Positions 39,678 through 54,110 of a stretch of 64,000 nucleotides of DNA are shown here, piece after piece. Source of the stretch: Eledone cirrhosa (taxonomy: Eukaryota); contig OZ024741.1 in the NCBI GenBank assembly GCA_964016885.1, positions 357,678,001 to 357,742,000 on the forward strand, in the 5' to 3' direction. The notes below the pieces were generated by a model that was not told the origin of the DNA, did not search any database, and saw nothing but the letters and a program-made list of their open reading frames with translations. Each line of letters begins with the position of its first letter. The stretch's first letter is position 1. Position numbers and translations under genes: made by a program.

Positions 39678-41563
39678 CCAAGGATACACATTCCCTAGTG
39701 TTAAAATGGGTTTAGTGTTGGTTCCACAAATTTTACTCAGCACTCATCCCCCATTGGAAAGTAGTAGTGCTGGTGTCACATTAAAATGCACCCAATCCAG
39801 TCTATAAAGTGCCACAACAAGAACCTGATACACACTGTGAAATGGTTGGCATTAAAAACCATGCCAAAATGGAAAGACACAATGTTGCCAGACTGAAAAT
39901 ACTGTGGTCTGTATGGCTAAAAAAAATGACTGAAACCAGTAAAAGAATAAAAGAATTTCCTTCCATTGAAGTATACTGTCGAGTCTCGAAATTATTCGGA
40001 ATAATGTGAAAAAAAATGTTTCATTTGTTGTCTTAAAACCCATATTTACTCTTTTGATACCAACCCACTCAAGATGGTCTCAAGCTTTGTGGCATAAAAC
40101 TGCCTACATTAAAATGCTCATATTTAAATTAAAACTGGCCATCATGATTTTATATCAGAATATTTGATGTTCCAAACACCAGCTTAATAACAAGTTATTT
40201 TTCTAAATCCTTTATTATTTTCAAAATAATTGAAAAATATAGGCAATACATCTCATTAGAAATCTGGTAATGACAGGGTTAAAGATTGTTGCAGATAGAA
40301 GCAAAAGGGGGGTTGGGGAGGGTCTAAGAGAAGTGTGAAAGACAATTACATGGTGGTTGTTGGTAATGACTTTACATATACTGAGCTGATGGAAAAGAGA
40401 TAGTAATGTTAGTGAGGGAGAGTGTGTGATGTATATCACTAAAGAGTGATAGGAAAAGATGTTGCTAATAATTGTTTCTACTTTTGGCACAAGGCCAGCA
40501 ATTACCCAGTACATTACTGGTACTTTATATTATCGATCCCGTAAGGATGAAAGGCAAAGTTAACCTTGGCGGGATTTGAACTCAGATCGTAAAGGGACGT
40601 AACTATGCTGCAAAGCATGGCGTCCGACTCTCTACCGATACTGCCAAAATAATGCTGTATAGAATGATGGACACAAATATGGCTGAGTGATTAAGAAGCT
40701 CACTTCACAATCCCGTGGTTCCAGGTTTGATCCCACTGTATAGCATCTTGGGCAAGCGACTTTACCACAACTTTGAGTTGATTCAAGCCTTGTGAATGAA
40801 GTTGGGTAGATGGAAACTATGGAAATCCATACAGTTTGTCATCTTTTGTGTCACACTTATTCAGAATTTAAATGTTATTAAAATAATTTGTTGGGGTTAG
40901 GAGGGTCGATTAACCCAAACCCTGGAAGAATGAAAGGCAAAGCTGACCTCAGTGGAATTTGAACTCTGTACATACAGGGCCACAACTAAATACCACAATG
41001 TATTTTGTTCAATGTTCTAATGATTATGTCATAACAGTAAAAATGCTGGTTAATAAATCCCTTCAAATCTTCAATTATTTTAAAAGTTAACTGAAAATTA
41101 TAGGCAGGCTAAACTCACATGTATAAAACAATCAAAATCAATTTTATCTTCCTGCTTACAAATATTATTTTGTTTTAGAGCTTTTTTTTTCTGCAGCTGT
41201 TGCAATTGTCTTTTCTCCTCAAAACTCAAGGCTCTCTCGCTGCAAAAACCATCATGTTGCACATTGACAATCTACCTACCCATTCTTTCATGCATTTCAC
41301 TCTTCAAATAATATGCCACATTTTTCTCTTAAACATTCCTTTCATGCCTGTATATATTCCCTACTCAACTACAGCTAAAATTTAGCAAAGTATTTACAGA
41401 ACCAACTAAAACAACATAATCAGTTTCTGTCCATTTCTGGTTATTTAGTAGGGATATTATGGGCTTTTAGTAGTCCTCTCTAATTAATTAATCATGTATA
41501 AAATATATTGAAATCAATATTATGACATTTGAAGCGAATTTGTGACAAAAAAAAAATACTGCT

Positions 41564-41786
41564 TTAACCCTTTAGCATTTACATTACTCTATATATACTA
41601 TTGTATTTTCGTGGTAAAGGCTTTATCTCACATAATATCAAAATCTCATAGATTTGATATTATGTATTATTTATTTGGAGAACAATACCTTAACATCAGT
41701 ATGAGTGGCTAGTTACGACCAGTTTTGACAGAAAGAGATGAGAGAATTCTGGCTGGATATGGCCAGTTTAAATGCTAAAGGGTTAA
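41564..41786. mobile_element. piggyBac-type MITE family 1 (TTAA TSD, TIR CCCTTTAGCATTTA); copies at 2855-3070, 20151-20352, 37337-37565, 44711-44924, 45274-45440, ~49945-50065 (partial) and 55957-56172
   Basis: TTAA|CCCTTTAGCATTTA...TAAATGCTAAAGGG|TTAA termini; ~215-bp conserved body. Confidence 0.9.
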
Positions 41787-42864
41787 CTGTGCAGTATTTT
41801 ATCTTTACCCTTTTAAACACTAGCCTGCCATAAAACTGCCTCTATTAAAGTATTTAAATTTAAATCTTTGACTGAAATCTCATTATTACATGCTAGATAA
41901 TATTAGATTGTAGTAGTTGTGTTTTTAAACAAAACACTTCATTTCATGTTAGTAAGCTAAAAAAAATAGCACCCGCAATAACTGGGGATTAATTCTGCAA
42001 TGAACTGGCATCCTATCCAGGAGTGGGAGTCTTATACTCTGACATGTAATGCCAATAGAATTGGGATAAGCCTAACAAGCTTTCAGGCTTGGGACAGACT
42101 TTAACTTTTTATTTTAACAGTTAAATATATGTCTTTTTGAAAGTTAATTATTTCTCTAAGTCTCAAAAGTTTTTATTTATCTCAAGACAAAAAAAAGAAA
42201 AAGCTTCCATCATAATTTTGTATAAGAAACATTGCTAAATTATGTTTCATTTGCCATTTTAGTAACAAGAAAGTCAGATACATTAATGCTGTCAGTGCTC
42301 AGCATGGCCATGGCTAGAACAGGTAAAAATGTGAAGGAGTGTCTTTCATTAGAAATATGGCAATGAAAGTGTTAAACATAATATATGACAGCCTTCAAGA
42401 ATCTTCCTTATATCTCGGAAGATTTAGGAATTTTTATTCTATTTTTTCTTTTAGCTAAAAAATTTTAATGAAAAGAAGAAAACTGATCTGCTTTGTATCC
42501 TCGTTTTCTATTCTATCCTAAATTTGGTATTTATTTATTTATTTTATAAAAAAAAATTTCCTTGGGGGCAGTTTCAGCAGCAGTAAGTTTGACTAGAATG
42601 GTTTAAACTGCTTGCTACTGGATCTAAACAAGCAAACATCACTTCCCATCCACCCTCCCTTCCCATCCACCCTCATAGCTTTTACTATCTTAACATTTTT
42701 TTCTTTGCTATCCACCTACAACTACTTCACTCACTAGCAGTCATAGTTATGGGGCATACTAAATCTCTGAGAAGGCATTTCAGGTTTTAACTTCCAACAC
42801 ATCTCTCTTACCTGATCACTTCTAAAACTAAGTCTACTGCATAAAACAAAACACTCTTAGGTCC

Positions 42865-42909
<45 letters not shown>

Positions 42910-43080
42910 CACACACACGCACATCAAGAATTTCATTCTCTATTCCAAATCTTCTTTAGAAATATCCTTAAAGGAATATGCCTGTATTACCAGAACTTCC
43001 TACACTAGCAGGTACTATGTTCCTTGTTTTCTGATGCCTTCGCTGAAGTTTTTTTTTTTTGTTTTTTTTTTTGTTTCCTT

Positions 43081-43401
<321 letters not shown>

Positions 43402-46400
43402 AAGACGTGCATTGTTAGTCATTCAGTACATATGAATAGACAGATAGAATTTCTCTTTGTGTGCTCTTTATTGTCTTGAGATGAAAATACCTCGATTCAA
43501 TTCATCCTTCAAATTTTATTACACTTATATGCCGGTATATATATGCACGCAGGTATGTATAAAAATACCGTAACATCCCAATGGAGTGCCTTCTCCATTT
43601 CAGCTAAGTCCCAAACTCACCTGATTTAGATTCTGTATGTGTGTACATATAATATATAACATTTTGAAAATGTTATAACCATAGGATATTTGGGATGAAA
43701 TAATGAAAATATTATTTTTAAATAAGACTTGAAAATATTATTTCCTTGATATATCCTTTTAATTATTAATAAATTACTTCATTAAATTTTATTATCATTT
43801 TTACCTTTTGAAACATTTTAATAGAGAATTTTTTTTTTTAATTAAAAAGAAAAACAGATAAAAAAAACTCCCTTGAAATATGAATACCCCTAGTAATATT
43901 ATAGTGTAGTAAAGTATAGCAATTTTTTATATATATTACATAGAGAATTATACCGAGGTCAACTTTGCATTTTATCTTTTTGGAGGGTCAATAAATCAAT
44001 ACCAGTAGTGAAATCGATTTAACCCTTTTGATACTAAACCACTTGAAACTGGTTCTGGTTCAACAATAAGAAAGTTTATTTTAAAGTTATCTAAAAACCA
44101 TCCATCACCATTTTAAAAGAACTTTTGTTCAGTTATGTTGCAAACTCCAGCTTAATAATCGAAAGTTAATTATATTAGTAAAACCCTCTAAATTTTTGAT
44201 TATTTTCAAAATTATTTGACAATTTAGGCAGTGTCTTTCTTTAGAAATAAGGTAATGAAAGGGTTAATTAACTTTTCCCTTCTTCCAAAACTGCTGGCTG
44301 TGTGCCAAAAAATTAGAAACCATATTTCATAGAGGATACATTTTAGAAATATTGGTGGAGGTTGTTAGCATTTTGGTTGTGTTTGTTTTGTTTTTCCTTT
44401 ACTACATAGGTGCACATATACACACATATTCATGTAGACAAACACAGACAAATAAGGGCTGAGTGGTTGAACATTATTAATGTGCTCCATGTTTATAGAC
44501 AGAACAAGTAGGATTTTATTGCATATCTGAAGTCAGTTAATTGTATGTTCTTTAGTTTAGCTGGCTGTGAAGATTTCATACTATGGAATGTACTTAAGAA
44601 TGTGACAGATTTGGTATCCTATCCAAGAAATGAATAATTTCTCATTTTCTTCTATCCTTTTGATACCAAACTGCCTAAAACTGTCCCTGGTTCTACAATA
44701 AAAAACTGTTTTAAACCTTTAGTGTTTAAACTGGCTGTATCTAGCCAGAATTCTCTCACCTCTTTCTGTTCAAACCAGCTGTAACTGGCCACTCATAGTT
44801 ATGTTACAGTATTGTTCTCAAAATAAATAACATAAAAATCTCAGATTTGATATTATGTGAGATAAAGTGTTGGCCATGAAAATACAATAATAAATATAGA
44901 GTAATGTAAATGCTAAAGGGTTAAAATGTTTATATTTAAAAATCTTCAACCATAATTTTGTCTAAGGACCTTTAAGTTATATTCCAAATACCAATTTAAT
45001 AATGAGAAAGATATATTAATAAATCTTCCCAACTTTTAGATAAATTTCACAATCATTTAAATATCATTGGCAGTGTCATTCATTAGAACTATGGTATCAA
45101 AGGTGTTATGGTAATATGCAGCATGTACAAGCATTTCTTCTCTGAGTATGTGTGTCAATAAGGAGGAGGGGGGGGGGGTGTTTAGAGTTTTATGTGCAAA
45201 GACATTAAAGCATTCAATATACCTTTTGTTTAGAGTATAGTATATTCTTTTATTCATTTTCCGGTTTCTTCATTTAACCCTTTAGCATTTACTTTACTCT
45301 ATATATACTATTGTATTTTCACTGTAAACACTTTCTCACGTAATATTGAATCTACAAGATGTTGATATTTATTTTGAGAACAATACCTTAACATCAGTAT
45401 GACCAGCTGGATACGGCCGGTATAAATGCTAAAGGGTTAAGCCACTCTGGGGCATCACGTTGAAAGGATTTACTCAATTGTATCAACTCCTGTACTTATA
45501 TTCTGCAAGTCTGGTACTTATTTTATTGATCTCTTATTGTTGAATCACTAAATAAATATAAACATACACGTGATGAGCTTTCTCATAATTTCCAACTACC
45601 AAATTTCACTGACATGGCATTGGTCGGCCTAATGGACCCTTTCTCAAAGTGCCATGCAGTGTGACTGAACATGAAATATAGTTGTCAAATGAACCACACG
45701 GCTATGCCATATCATCATCATTATTGTTTATGTCTATTTTCCATGCTTGCATAAGTTAGATGAGATGTCACATGTCTCGTTCATACATTCCATTCTGGTA
45801 TAGTTTCTATGGTTGAATGCCCTTCCTAATATCAACTACTTCACAGCATGCACCTAGTATGTTTTATTGTGGAACCATCACTACCACCTGACAGAATGAA
45901 TTGGGTGCTTTTTATCGTGACACTGGGACTGCCACTTTAAATTGGGGGCTGCGTGCATTTTATTGTGGAACTAGCTTTACAACTTAATAGTCTAAGCTAA
46001 GCGTATTTTATCGAGACACCAGCACTGCCACTTTACACTAGGGGCTGCCATATTTCAACATTCATATATGATATTTAATAATTCATCCTATTACATCTCT
46101 CAGATTGATATTCAGATGGGTCTTCATCTGAAAAGGTATTGGAAATCATCATGGACTATATTCATTAATATGTACCTGGATGATGATGCTATTTGCATAA
46201 AATTAAGATAAGAAGGGTATCCAACCATACCAAGGGTCAGAAAAACTTTTCAGACAATCTCCCTAATGTTGGTTGATCCACACAATAAGCACACCCAGTC
46301 CTGGTGCTGTGATAAAATGCACTCAGTAGAGTGCAGGAATCTATGCAAGAAAGATGTAAAACCCGAACCCATCTGAAAGGTCAGTAGCTCTGCTTGAGTA

Positions 46401-46619
46401 TTGACGTAGCCTGTGAAGGCCCATCCAACCCTTGCTAGCACAGAAAACAAACATTAGATGATGGTGAGGAGGAGTAGGATGAGGATGATAAATATATTCA
46501 AGGACACATTAGCTGTGCCTAAACACACAAAAACTGTTAAATTCACTTTAAATTTGTTGCATATCTTTTGGTGTTGACAGTCACCAACAATGGATATCTG
46601 GCCCTGGGGGTCAACTGCA

Positions 46620-47166
46620 GATGTGGTCTGACCTCCGGCGTCCTGCACTTCCCTATGGAAAACCCTTTGCCACCACTGTTCTATCTCCTGGAAGACGAAA
46701 CTTTGTACCTACGTGTCAGTCCTCTATAGAGAAAGCATGGTCCCTCACAAGGACCTTGTCAAAAATGAATGACGGCTTCATTAGCAGAACCCTGAGGACC
46801 ATTGGGAGCATCAGGTGGTACCACCACATTTCCAACAAAGAATTGTGTGCATGCACGCATCAGCTCTCAGTCTCCCACCTCACAGCCATCTCTTGCATGA
46901 GTTGGTACGAACATATCCTCCGCCTCCTACCAGATCATCCTACCAGGGCCTTAATCTTGTTCAACACACCAGCTACAAGCTGGAAGAGACCCCGCAGCAG
47001 GCCTCGCACCAGATAGCTGAATGTCATCAAGGAAGATCCCCAGATGCACAACGTCACCTTGGTTGGTGTAGAGCAGCTGACATGGGACCACCAGTGATAG
47101 AGGGAATTGGTGGGCCTGGCCAGCTCTATGCATGATGGTGCCTCAGTCTCATTGAGCAAGAAGAAA
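46620..47166 (+). mobile_element. RTE-like LINE 3' fragment from a different subfamily
   Basis: RTLRTI..IRWYHHISNKEL, SWYEHILRL, WKRPRSRPRTR; CAAGAAGAA tail. Confidence 0.8.
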
Positions 47167-50100
47167 AGCAACTATAACATAGAAGAGTCATTTTAGCCAT
47201 TAAATCTGTTTAATTTATTTTCCATATATCATTTATTTCTTGGGGGTCAACATTTTCTTCCCACTTTCTGCGACCTGGTCACTGACACTGTTCTACTGCA
47301 CTTGGCCTGATCACCAGCACCAAGAAATACATTATAAATGTAAAGTGAATTTAACAGTTGTTGTATATGGGGGGGGGGGGGGGTAATGGCTAAAATTACC
47401 CTTTCATGATGTAATTGTATTGATTAGACTAATAATTGGATTTTTCATATTGTCTTACTGATTAATTAATCAATGTCTTTCACCCAATAATTATTGATGG
47501 GAATTGAAATATTTCTGTGCACCAAGCAATGTTATTGATGCTGCTCTCTTAGAAAACAATCCACGAGTCCTGATTTAACCCTTTTATTACCATATTTCTA
47601 ACAAGAATATAATGCTTTTATGTTTTAATTATAAAAGTAATAAAGAGGTTTAGGAGAGGTTTAGTGAAATAACAAGCTTTCAACTTTAAAATACTATAAA
47701 AATTTAATTACTGAACCCTAATATCTATCATGTAATAATAATTTCTGCCGTAGCTACATTTTGAGGGAAGGGAAAATTGATTAAATTAAACCCTGTACTT
47801 AACTGGTATTTTATTTTAGCGATGTGGAAAACATAAAAGCAAAGTTAGTAGGATTTGAACTCAGAACATAAGGAGCAAGAACAAATACTGCTACGTCCAT
47901 CACTCTAACAACTCTGCCAATCCACCACCCTCATGTAATAGTGAGATTTCAGTTCAACATTTAAATTTAAATAAAGGCAGATGCTAAGTTTTTTTCTCAA
48001 AATAGCTAGTGTCTGAAAAGACCTTATCTTTCATACAAATTGTTGTTGAATTAAAATAACATAACATAAGATTGAGGAATCAGGGAACAAGAAAATGAAT
48101 GCTCATAGACACACACACACACACACACACATATATACATAATATATAGATACTTACTTACATATATACATGGACACACACATACATCACATGCACACAC
48201 ACATACATGTCATATACATAAATGATAAACTATTAATGTATATTTTATATATCATATTGAAGCCTAACATAAAAACACAGCAATATTTTCTTCCACATAT
48301 TGTCTGGCACCAAGTTAATCTTTGATAAAGTAGACAACGGATCAAGGGTATTCCAATCGTGACCATCCTGTTTGTGTGGAGCTGGCATTTTGTATCTAGA
48401 ACTCCCACTCCCACCAACACCTCCCTTTCTCTGTAAAGTTATGTTGGTACCACAACATCCAGTCCAAACTAATGAGGTCGTGTAGGTGTCACAACAAAAA
48501 AAAAACACACAGTCCACGGTGTAATGTGGCCGTGTAGGTAACACGGTAAAAAGCTCCCAGTCCACACTAGAAATGGTTGGTGTTAGGAAGGGCATCCAGC
48601 CGTAGAAAACCTACCAGACAGTCCTATACGAGCGAGACACGGTCACCTGACCAATCTTGCCTCAAGTGGGACAATTCCCATTTAACCCATGCTAGCGTGG
48701 AAGACTGATCAGACTGTTCCATTGATCTAATAATTAGAAGAACCATTGCCAAAACTGGCACAGCTTCATTCAATTCCATGTATGATAGTGAAGTCCGTCT
48801 GGATAATTAAGTTCTACGAGTTTTAGATGAGGGAAAGTGAAAGTTATAATGTTTCATGCTTTTATGAAGGAAAATTAGCATTATAAACACAATAGACTAC
48901 ATAGAATTACAACAAAATTATAGATTAAGATTAAAAGGAGGTAAATATGTAGGGTCAGCATTCATTCCGGTTCTCTGCACTTTTGAGTTCAATTCCTGCT
49001 AGGGTCAGTCCTCCTCCTCTTCTAGTCTTGTTGTTGTTGTTGTCGGCGGCGGCGTTGTTGTTGTTGTTGTTCAAGTAGTGTATGTGGTTATATGCATTGT
49101 ATGTGTGTACACAATGACCATTCCTTTGCTACCTCCTTTATTTGACCTTATGACCTGGTAGTAGATTGATGTATTTGAAGAAATTCAAATGTTTTCCTCT
49201 CTATTCAGTCTGTTGTCTTCTTATCTATCTCTCTTTCTCTTCCTTGTGTGTGTGTATGTGTTTTATAAGGGACCGACCAAACCTGAACTGTTCCTGGACC
49301 CCCAAGTGTATTTTTTCTTTCAATCTATAACTTCTGGGGGAGTCATATTGACACACAGCAGGGCATTTTTAAACTTGGCAGGCCCCATCTCCTTTCCAGG
49401 TTTGAATAATGCAGATTTCTTCTGGGGAAGATAAAGAGTGAAAGTGTTGAATTGAGATAGAGATATAGAAGAATCAACCCCAGTACTTTTTTTTTTTTTA
49501 CCTTGAACGGGTGAAAGGCCAAGTTGACCTCAGCAGGATTTGAACTCTGAGCGTAGAGAGCTGAAACGAATACCACAAAACATTCTGACGTTCTAATGAC
49601 CCGGCCAATTCGCCACCTTTTCTAGACATATATGTTAACCAAAATATAAATTTACTTTATTGAATGGTTTGATGATTGATAGTAGCAATGTTTCATTAAG
49701 AAGTGGTCAAATATTAATAGTATTAGTCTCTCTGTAATCTGATATCAAATCCTGCCAAAATAAACTCTTTCATCCTTTCAGAGTCAATAAATCTAAGTAG
49801 CAGACTGGAGTGGTAGATTGGTGGCATTATTAAAGTGCAGGAATGGTGCCTTATATTATTCTAACTCTTTGTGTTTCAAGTTCAGATCCCACTGTGACTG
49901 CTTCAGTGGAAGACATGCTTAGATTAACACCATCACCTGTTAATCCCTAACCTTTTAGTATTTACATTACTCTATATATACTATTGTTTTTTGTGGTAAA
50001 GGCTTTATCTATGAGATTTTAATGTCATTTATTTTGAGAACAACACCTTAACGTCAGTATGAGCAACCTTTAGTGGAATCTACTCTTGTGCCAGGAGTTT

Positions 50101-50865
50101 GGTTGGAGGATAGCTTTCTCCCATCCTGGCTAAACAATAAAAAGACCCAAAAAACTGTTATTACACCAAATAATTTATCTTTGAATTACGGGGAAAAAAA
50201 CAATGGCTAGAACTGCTCTCTTTTCCTTCAACTTCCTTGATATTTCATTACATTTCTGCATATAGGCACTACAACAACCCATACCTTTGATCAAATTTCC
50301 TCATTCTCCTTTCTACCCCACCACCACCCTTCATTCCCTTCCCACCCTATCCTCATTACAGCTGCTATAAACTACCTACACCTATTACTAAACTTTATCA
50401 TCATTTTTTTCTCTAACCTCTTGCTCTCACTTTCACCCTCTTTCTTTCTCCCTCTTTTTTTCTATTTCTCTCCTCTTTTTCTGTCCTGAACACACAATAA
50501 TTTTATAAATTTTCCATCTTAAGAGACTAAAAGTACAAGAACCCTTCCTGGAGGAGGTGCAGATCCATTGTAAGGTGAACTTCCAACAAAGTGAATTGGA
50601 GTAAACTAGAAAATGATGTGCGCTGCTCAAAAATCATGACCTATGACCTTATGATTATCAGTCCAACACCTTAAACATTATAATAGTTTGCCTAAATAAA
50701 CTCTTACCTAACAAAACATATGAAATACTGAAATGTTAATTTCATGAGCAGACTGTTCCATTGTTTGAACAACTGGAACACTCGTTGTCGGAACTGATAG
50801 TCTGACGTGTGTGTGTGTATATATATATATGCATACAAACTTATACATATGTGTGTGTGTGTATT

Positions 50866-51200
50866 CATTTCATTTCATTTTACGTCCACTTTTCCATGCT
50901 TGCAAGGGTGGGACGGGAACTGATTCTGGCTTGGTTTCTACAGCTGGATGCCCTTCCTAACACCAACCTCATTTACAGTGAGTGCTGGGTGCTTTTTTGC
51001 CGTGGCACCTCCACGACCACTTTGCAGTGGAATGATATGGACCCCAGTCCCTATCATCTCATTTCTACAGCTGAGTAAACTGGAGCAATGTGAAATAAAG
51101 TGTCTTGCTCAAGGAAACAACACATCACCCGGTCTGAGAATTGAACTCACAACCTTTCGATTGCAAGGCCAATGCTCTAACCACTAAACCATGTGCCTCC
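50866..51200 (-). mobile_element. Full-length tRNA-headed SINE with RTE-derived 3' end (family B)
   Basis: Minus strand begins GGAGGCACATGGTTTAGTGGTTAGAGC...GAGTTCAATTC; its 3' half matches the RTE 3' UTR at 8049-8200 and ends in a TGAAA/TGA tail. Confidence 0.85.
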
Positions 51201-53399
51201 AATATATTTATATATATATATTGGCCTAAATGCATTGAGATGGTCGTGATTTCCTGAGGTTGATTGAGGAAATGGGACTGTCCATTTGTCCATTGTTTTT
51301 GTCCTGTGCGCTCCCTATTTTGTATGTATGTATGTGTGTGTGTGTATATATACACATACACACATACATATATGCACGCACGTACACACATATGAATCCT
51401 TATGTTTGTTTCATTCAACTGTCCTCTTTGTTCGTTCCCACCATCTCTGTCCTGTTCGTTTATATTTAATATTTTTTTTTTTGTATACAGTCTATGCACT
51501 ATTTTTAATAACCACCTAACACCACGCAGTTCTCGTCTTTCACTTTTTAACACACACATAGACATATGTTGGACTTCTTTTGGTTGTGACAATCAGTGTT
51601 CCAGTTGTTTGAACAATGAATCAGCTTGTGCATGAAAATTAACATGTAAAAGATAGAGCATTTCACAGTTACTTAAAACTTAGTTCTCGGAGATTCAGTG
51701 GTGCAGTGTTGGACAAGGCTTGGCCTTAGATTTACAGACACAACTCAGCTGAGTGGGCTTGAGTTACGTGAAATAAAGTGTCTTGCTGAAGGACATAATG
51801 CATGCAAGCCAGTCCAAGAATCAAACTCGCTACCTTATGACCATGAGTTGAACACCTTAACCACTAAACCATGCTCCTTCATACATACACATACACAGGC
51901 ATATATCAGTGATAGGAAGGCATCTAACTGTAGAAAACCTGCCAAACAATGGGTATGGAAGACTCTTCAGTTATATCAAAGACATGACAACCTCCATACT
52001 GCTGGTGCCATGATAAAATACACTCAGTAGAGCACTGGCATATATGTGAGTGAGGTGTGGGGCCCCAGCCTGTCTGAGAACTCAGTTAGATGCAAGCAAT
52101 CAGTAGCTCCGCTTGGGCACTGATTCAATCTGTGATAACCCGTCTAGCCCATGATAGCTAGGAAAAGTTTTTAAATTTATATGTATATATATCATCATCA
52201 ATTTTCCATGCTAGCATGGGTTAGACGAATTGTCCCATTGTGAAACAAATCAGATCAGGTGACCGTATCATGGTCATACAGAACTGTTTCTGGCTTGGTT
52301 TCTATACTTGGATGCCCTTCCTAATGCCAACCACATTTACAGTGTGGACTGGGTGCTTTTTATCGTGGCACCAAAATGACCACTTTACAGGTTGGGTTGG
52401 GTACTTTTTTATATATCTGTGTGTGTGTGTGTGTGTGTGTAAAAAGTAAGCAGAAAATAACAAAGCAAACAACACAGTACATTGAAGAAATATATTAGTT
52501 TAACACTTGAATTAACAAGAAAAGAGTCTTAGCACACATGTGTATATCATGATTCATGCACTGTTCATTTTCTTGATGTTTGTACATTACCCTATGTACT
52601 ATACATACACATTTGATGAGTTGTAGTGCACCTGAGCACTGTACACAATATTTTCATTATTATTTTGGACACTAGTCCTTCATCAGAAGATCAGAAGATA
52701 GAATTAGAAATAAAAGATAGAGTGGGAAGAGGAAGGAATGGGGGGGGGGGGGCATGTGTGTTTTCAGTCAGCCATTTTGGAGATTTGCTAGTCAAGGGGT
52801 ATCTTACACATTAGAGAGGTTTAGGAAGGAGGTAATCATTGTGTATTTGGGGTGGATGTGTGTGTGTGCGTGTATGGGTAATTGTATGTTTGAAAGATGG
52901 CCATTGGACCATAACAGACTGTGAGAGTGTGGATAGGTAAATGAGTGTGCATGCATGAACTGACCAATGTATGGGGGGTGTACAAGAATATATATGAATT
53001 TCTACATATACATACATACACACACATAGTAGCAGTTGGGAGGGGCTGTGTAGAAAAGGAGGTGATAGTGAATATGGTTGTTAGCTTTGGGTACAATGAT
53101 ATGATGGTGCAACCGCAAATGGCTAAACTACCAAGTATGAAGTTATTTCATGTGTGCGAGTGGATAGAGCTGGGAAGTAGGGGGGGGGGGGGGGGGGTTA
53201 GAAAATATTCAACATGCCACAGCCACAACACTGTGTACCATGCAAACACAGACATGTGTGCAAGAGATACAAGCACACAATCACCCTCGAGGGAGGAAGA
53301 AAATGGTGGGTATGCAACGAGTGTTTTGTGGGAGGCAGGAAAGAGGAGATGAGTTTCTCAAATGCTAGAGGACACGAATTGTTGGTAACCTGGGGCTAG

Positions 53400-54110
53400 A
53401 TCAGATTATAAAGGGCGGTAAAATTGGGTGTTGTGAAGCTGGCAGAGGGTCACAGTCCTGTAGCGGTCTGCATGCCACATGACTATGGCACTACCTATAC
53501 CGGCGAGTTTGATGATAATGTTTGATGCTGTAAGCTGCAGAGAGCTCAGCCTGAGTAAAGTTGGTGCAACAAGAATGCTTGTGGAAATTGAACTGGTACC
53601 GATTCAAAGTTCATCAGAAAGTGTCCACAAGGCACTCGCCGGTGACTAAGACTTGTGAAGCAGTCTATTTGGGTCAATGATGGTGTGTCGTGGAAAAAAA
53701 GCTTTGAGCTTTAGTCGACGTAAGAACCGTTCAATTTCAGCACATGTTTGAAATTCATCACAGGTGGATGTTCTGGGTATGAAGCGCAAACCCCTGGTGA
53801 GGAGGAAGCACTCAGCTTTGGAGAATGGTAAATCCTGGGGTAGGGTGACAACAGTAGAAGTACGTGAGGGAGAGAAAGTAGCAGAGGGGTTGTGGTGGTT
53901 AGGCATGGTGTGTGCGGAGTCAGTGCTAGGGAGAGAAGTGGTGGTTGGACAATGAGAGCGGGAGTCATAGGTGACTGGATTGGGGCTGGGGGTGAGGTGG
54001 GCGTGAGAAGTGATGGCAGGCAGAGAACAGAGTGAGTCGAGTTTTTCTTTCTTGCTAGAGGTGAGAAAACTGAAGAGAAGGCGATTGAGGTGAAAGATGA
54101 ATTGGATGAT
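53400..54110 (-). mobile_element. Penelope-like element fragment (N-terminal region and start of RT)
   Basis: FSKAECFLLTRGLRFIP...IERFLRRLKLKAFF, then IIIKLAGIGSAIVMW (decayed IIKPADKGxAVVV motif). Confidence 0.8.

Noticed and set aside
41181-41385. Strong-looking acceptor TTTTTTTTTCTGCAG and a 61-aa ORF
   Set aside because: No convincing donor or protein-like phase-1 continuation.
52780-54110. Possible hammerhead ribozyme associated with the Penelope fragment (also checked CTGATGA at ~4526, 18600 and 28415)
   Set aside because: I could not find a complete CUGAnGA...GAAA core with supporting stems by eye; an Infernal or RNAMotif search would be decisive.
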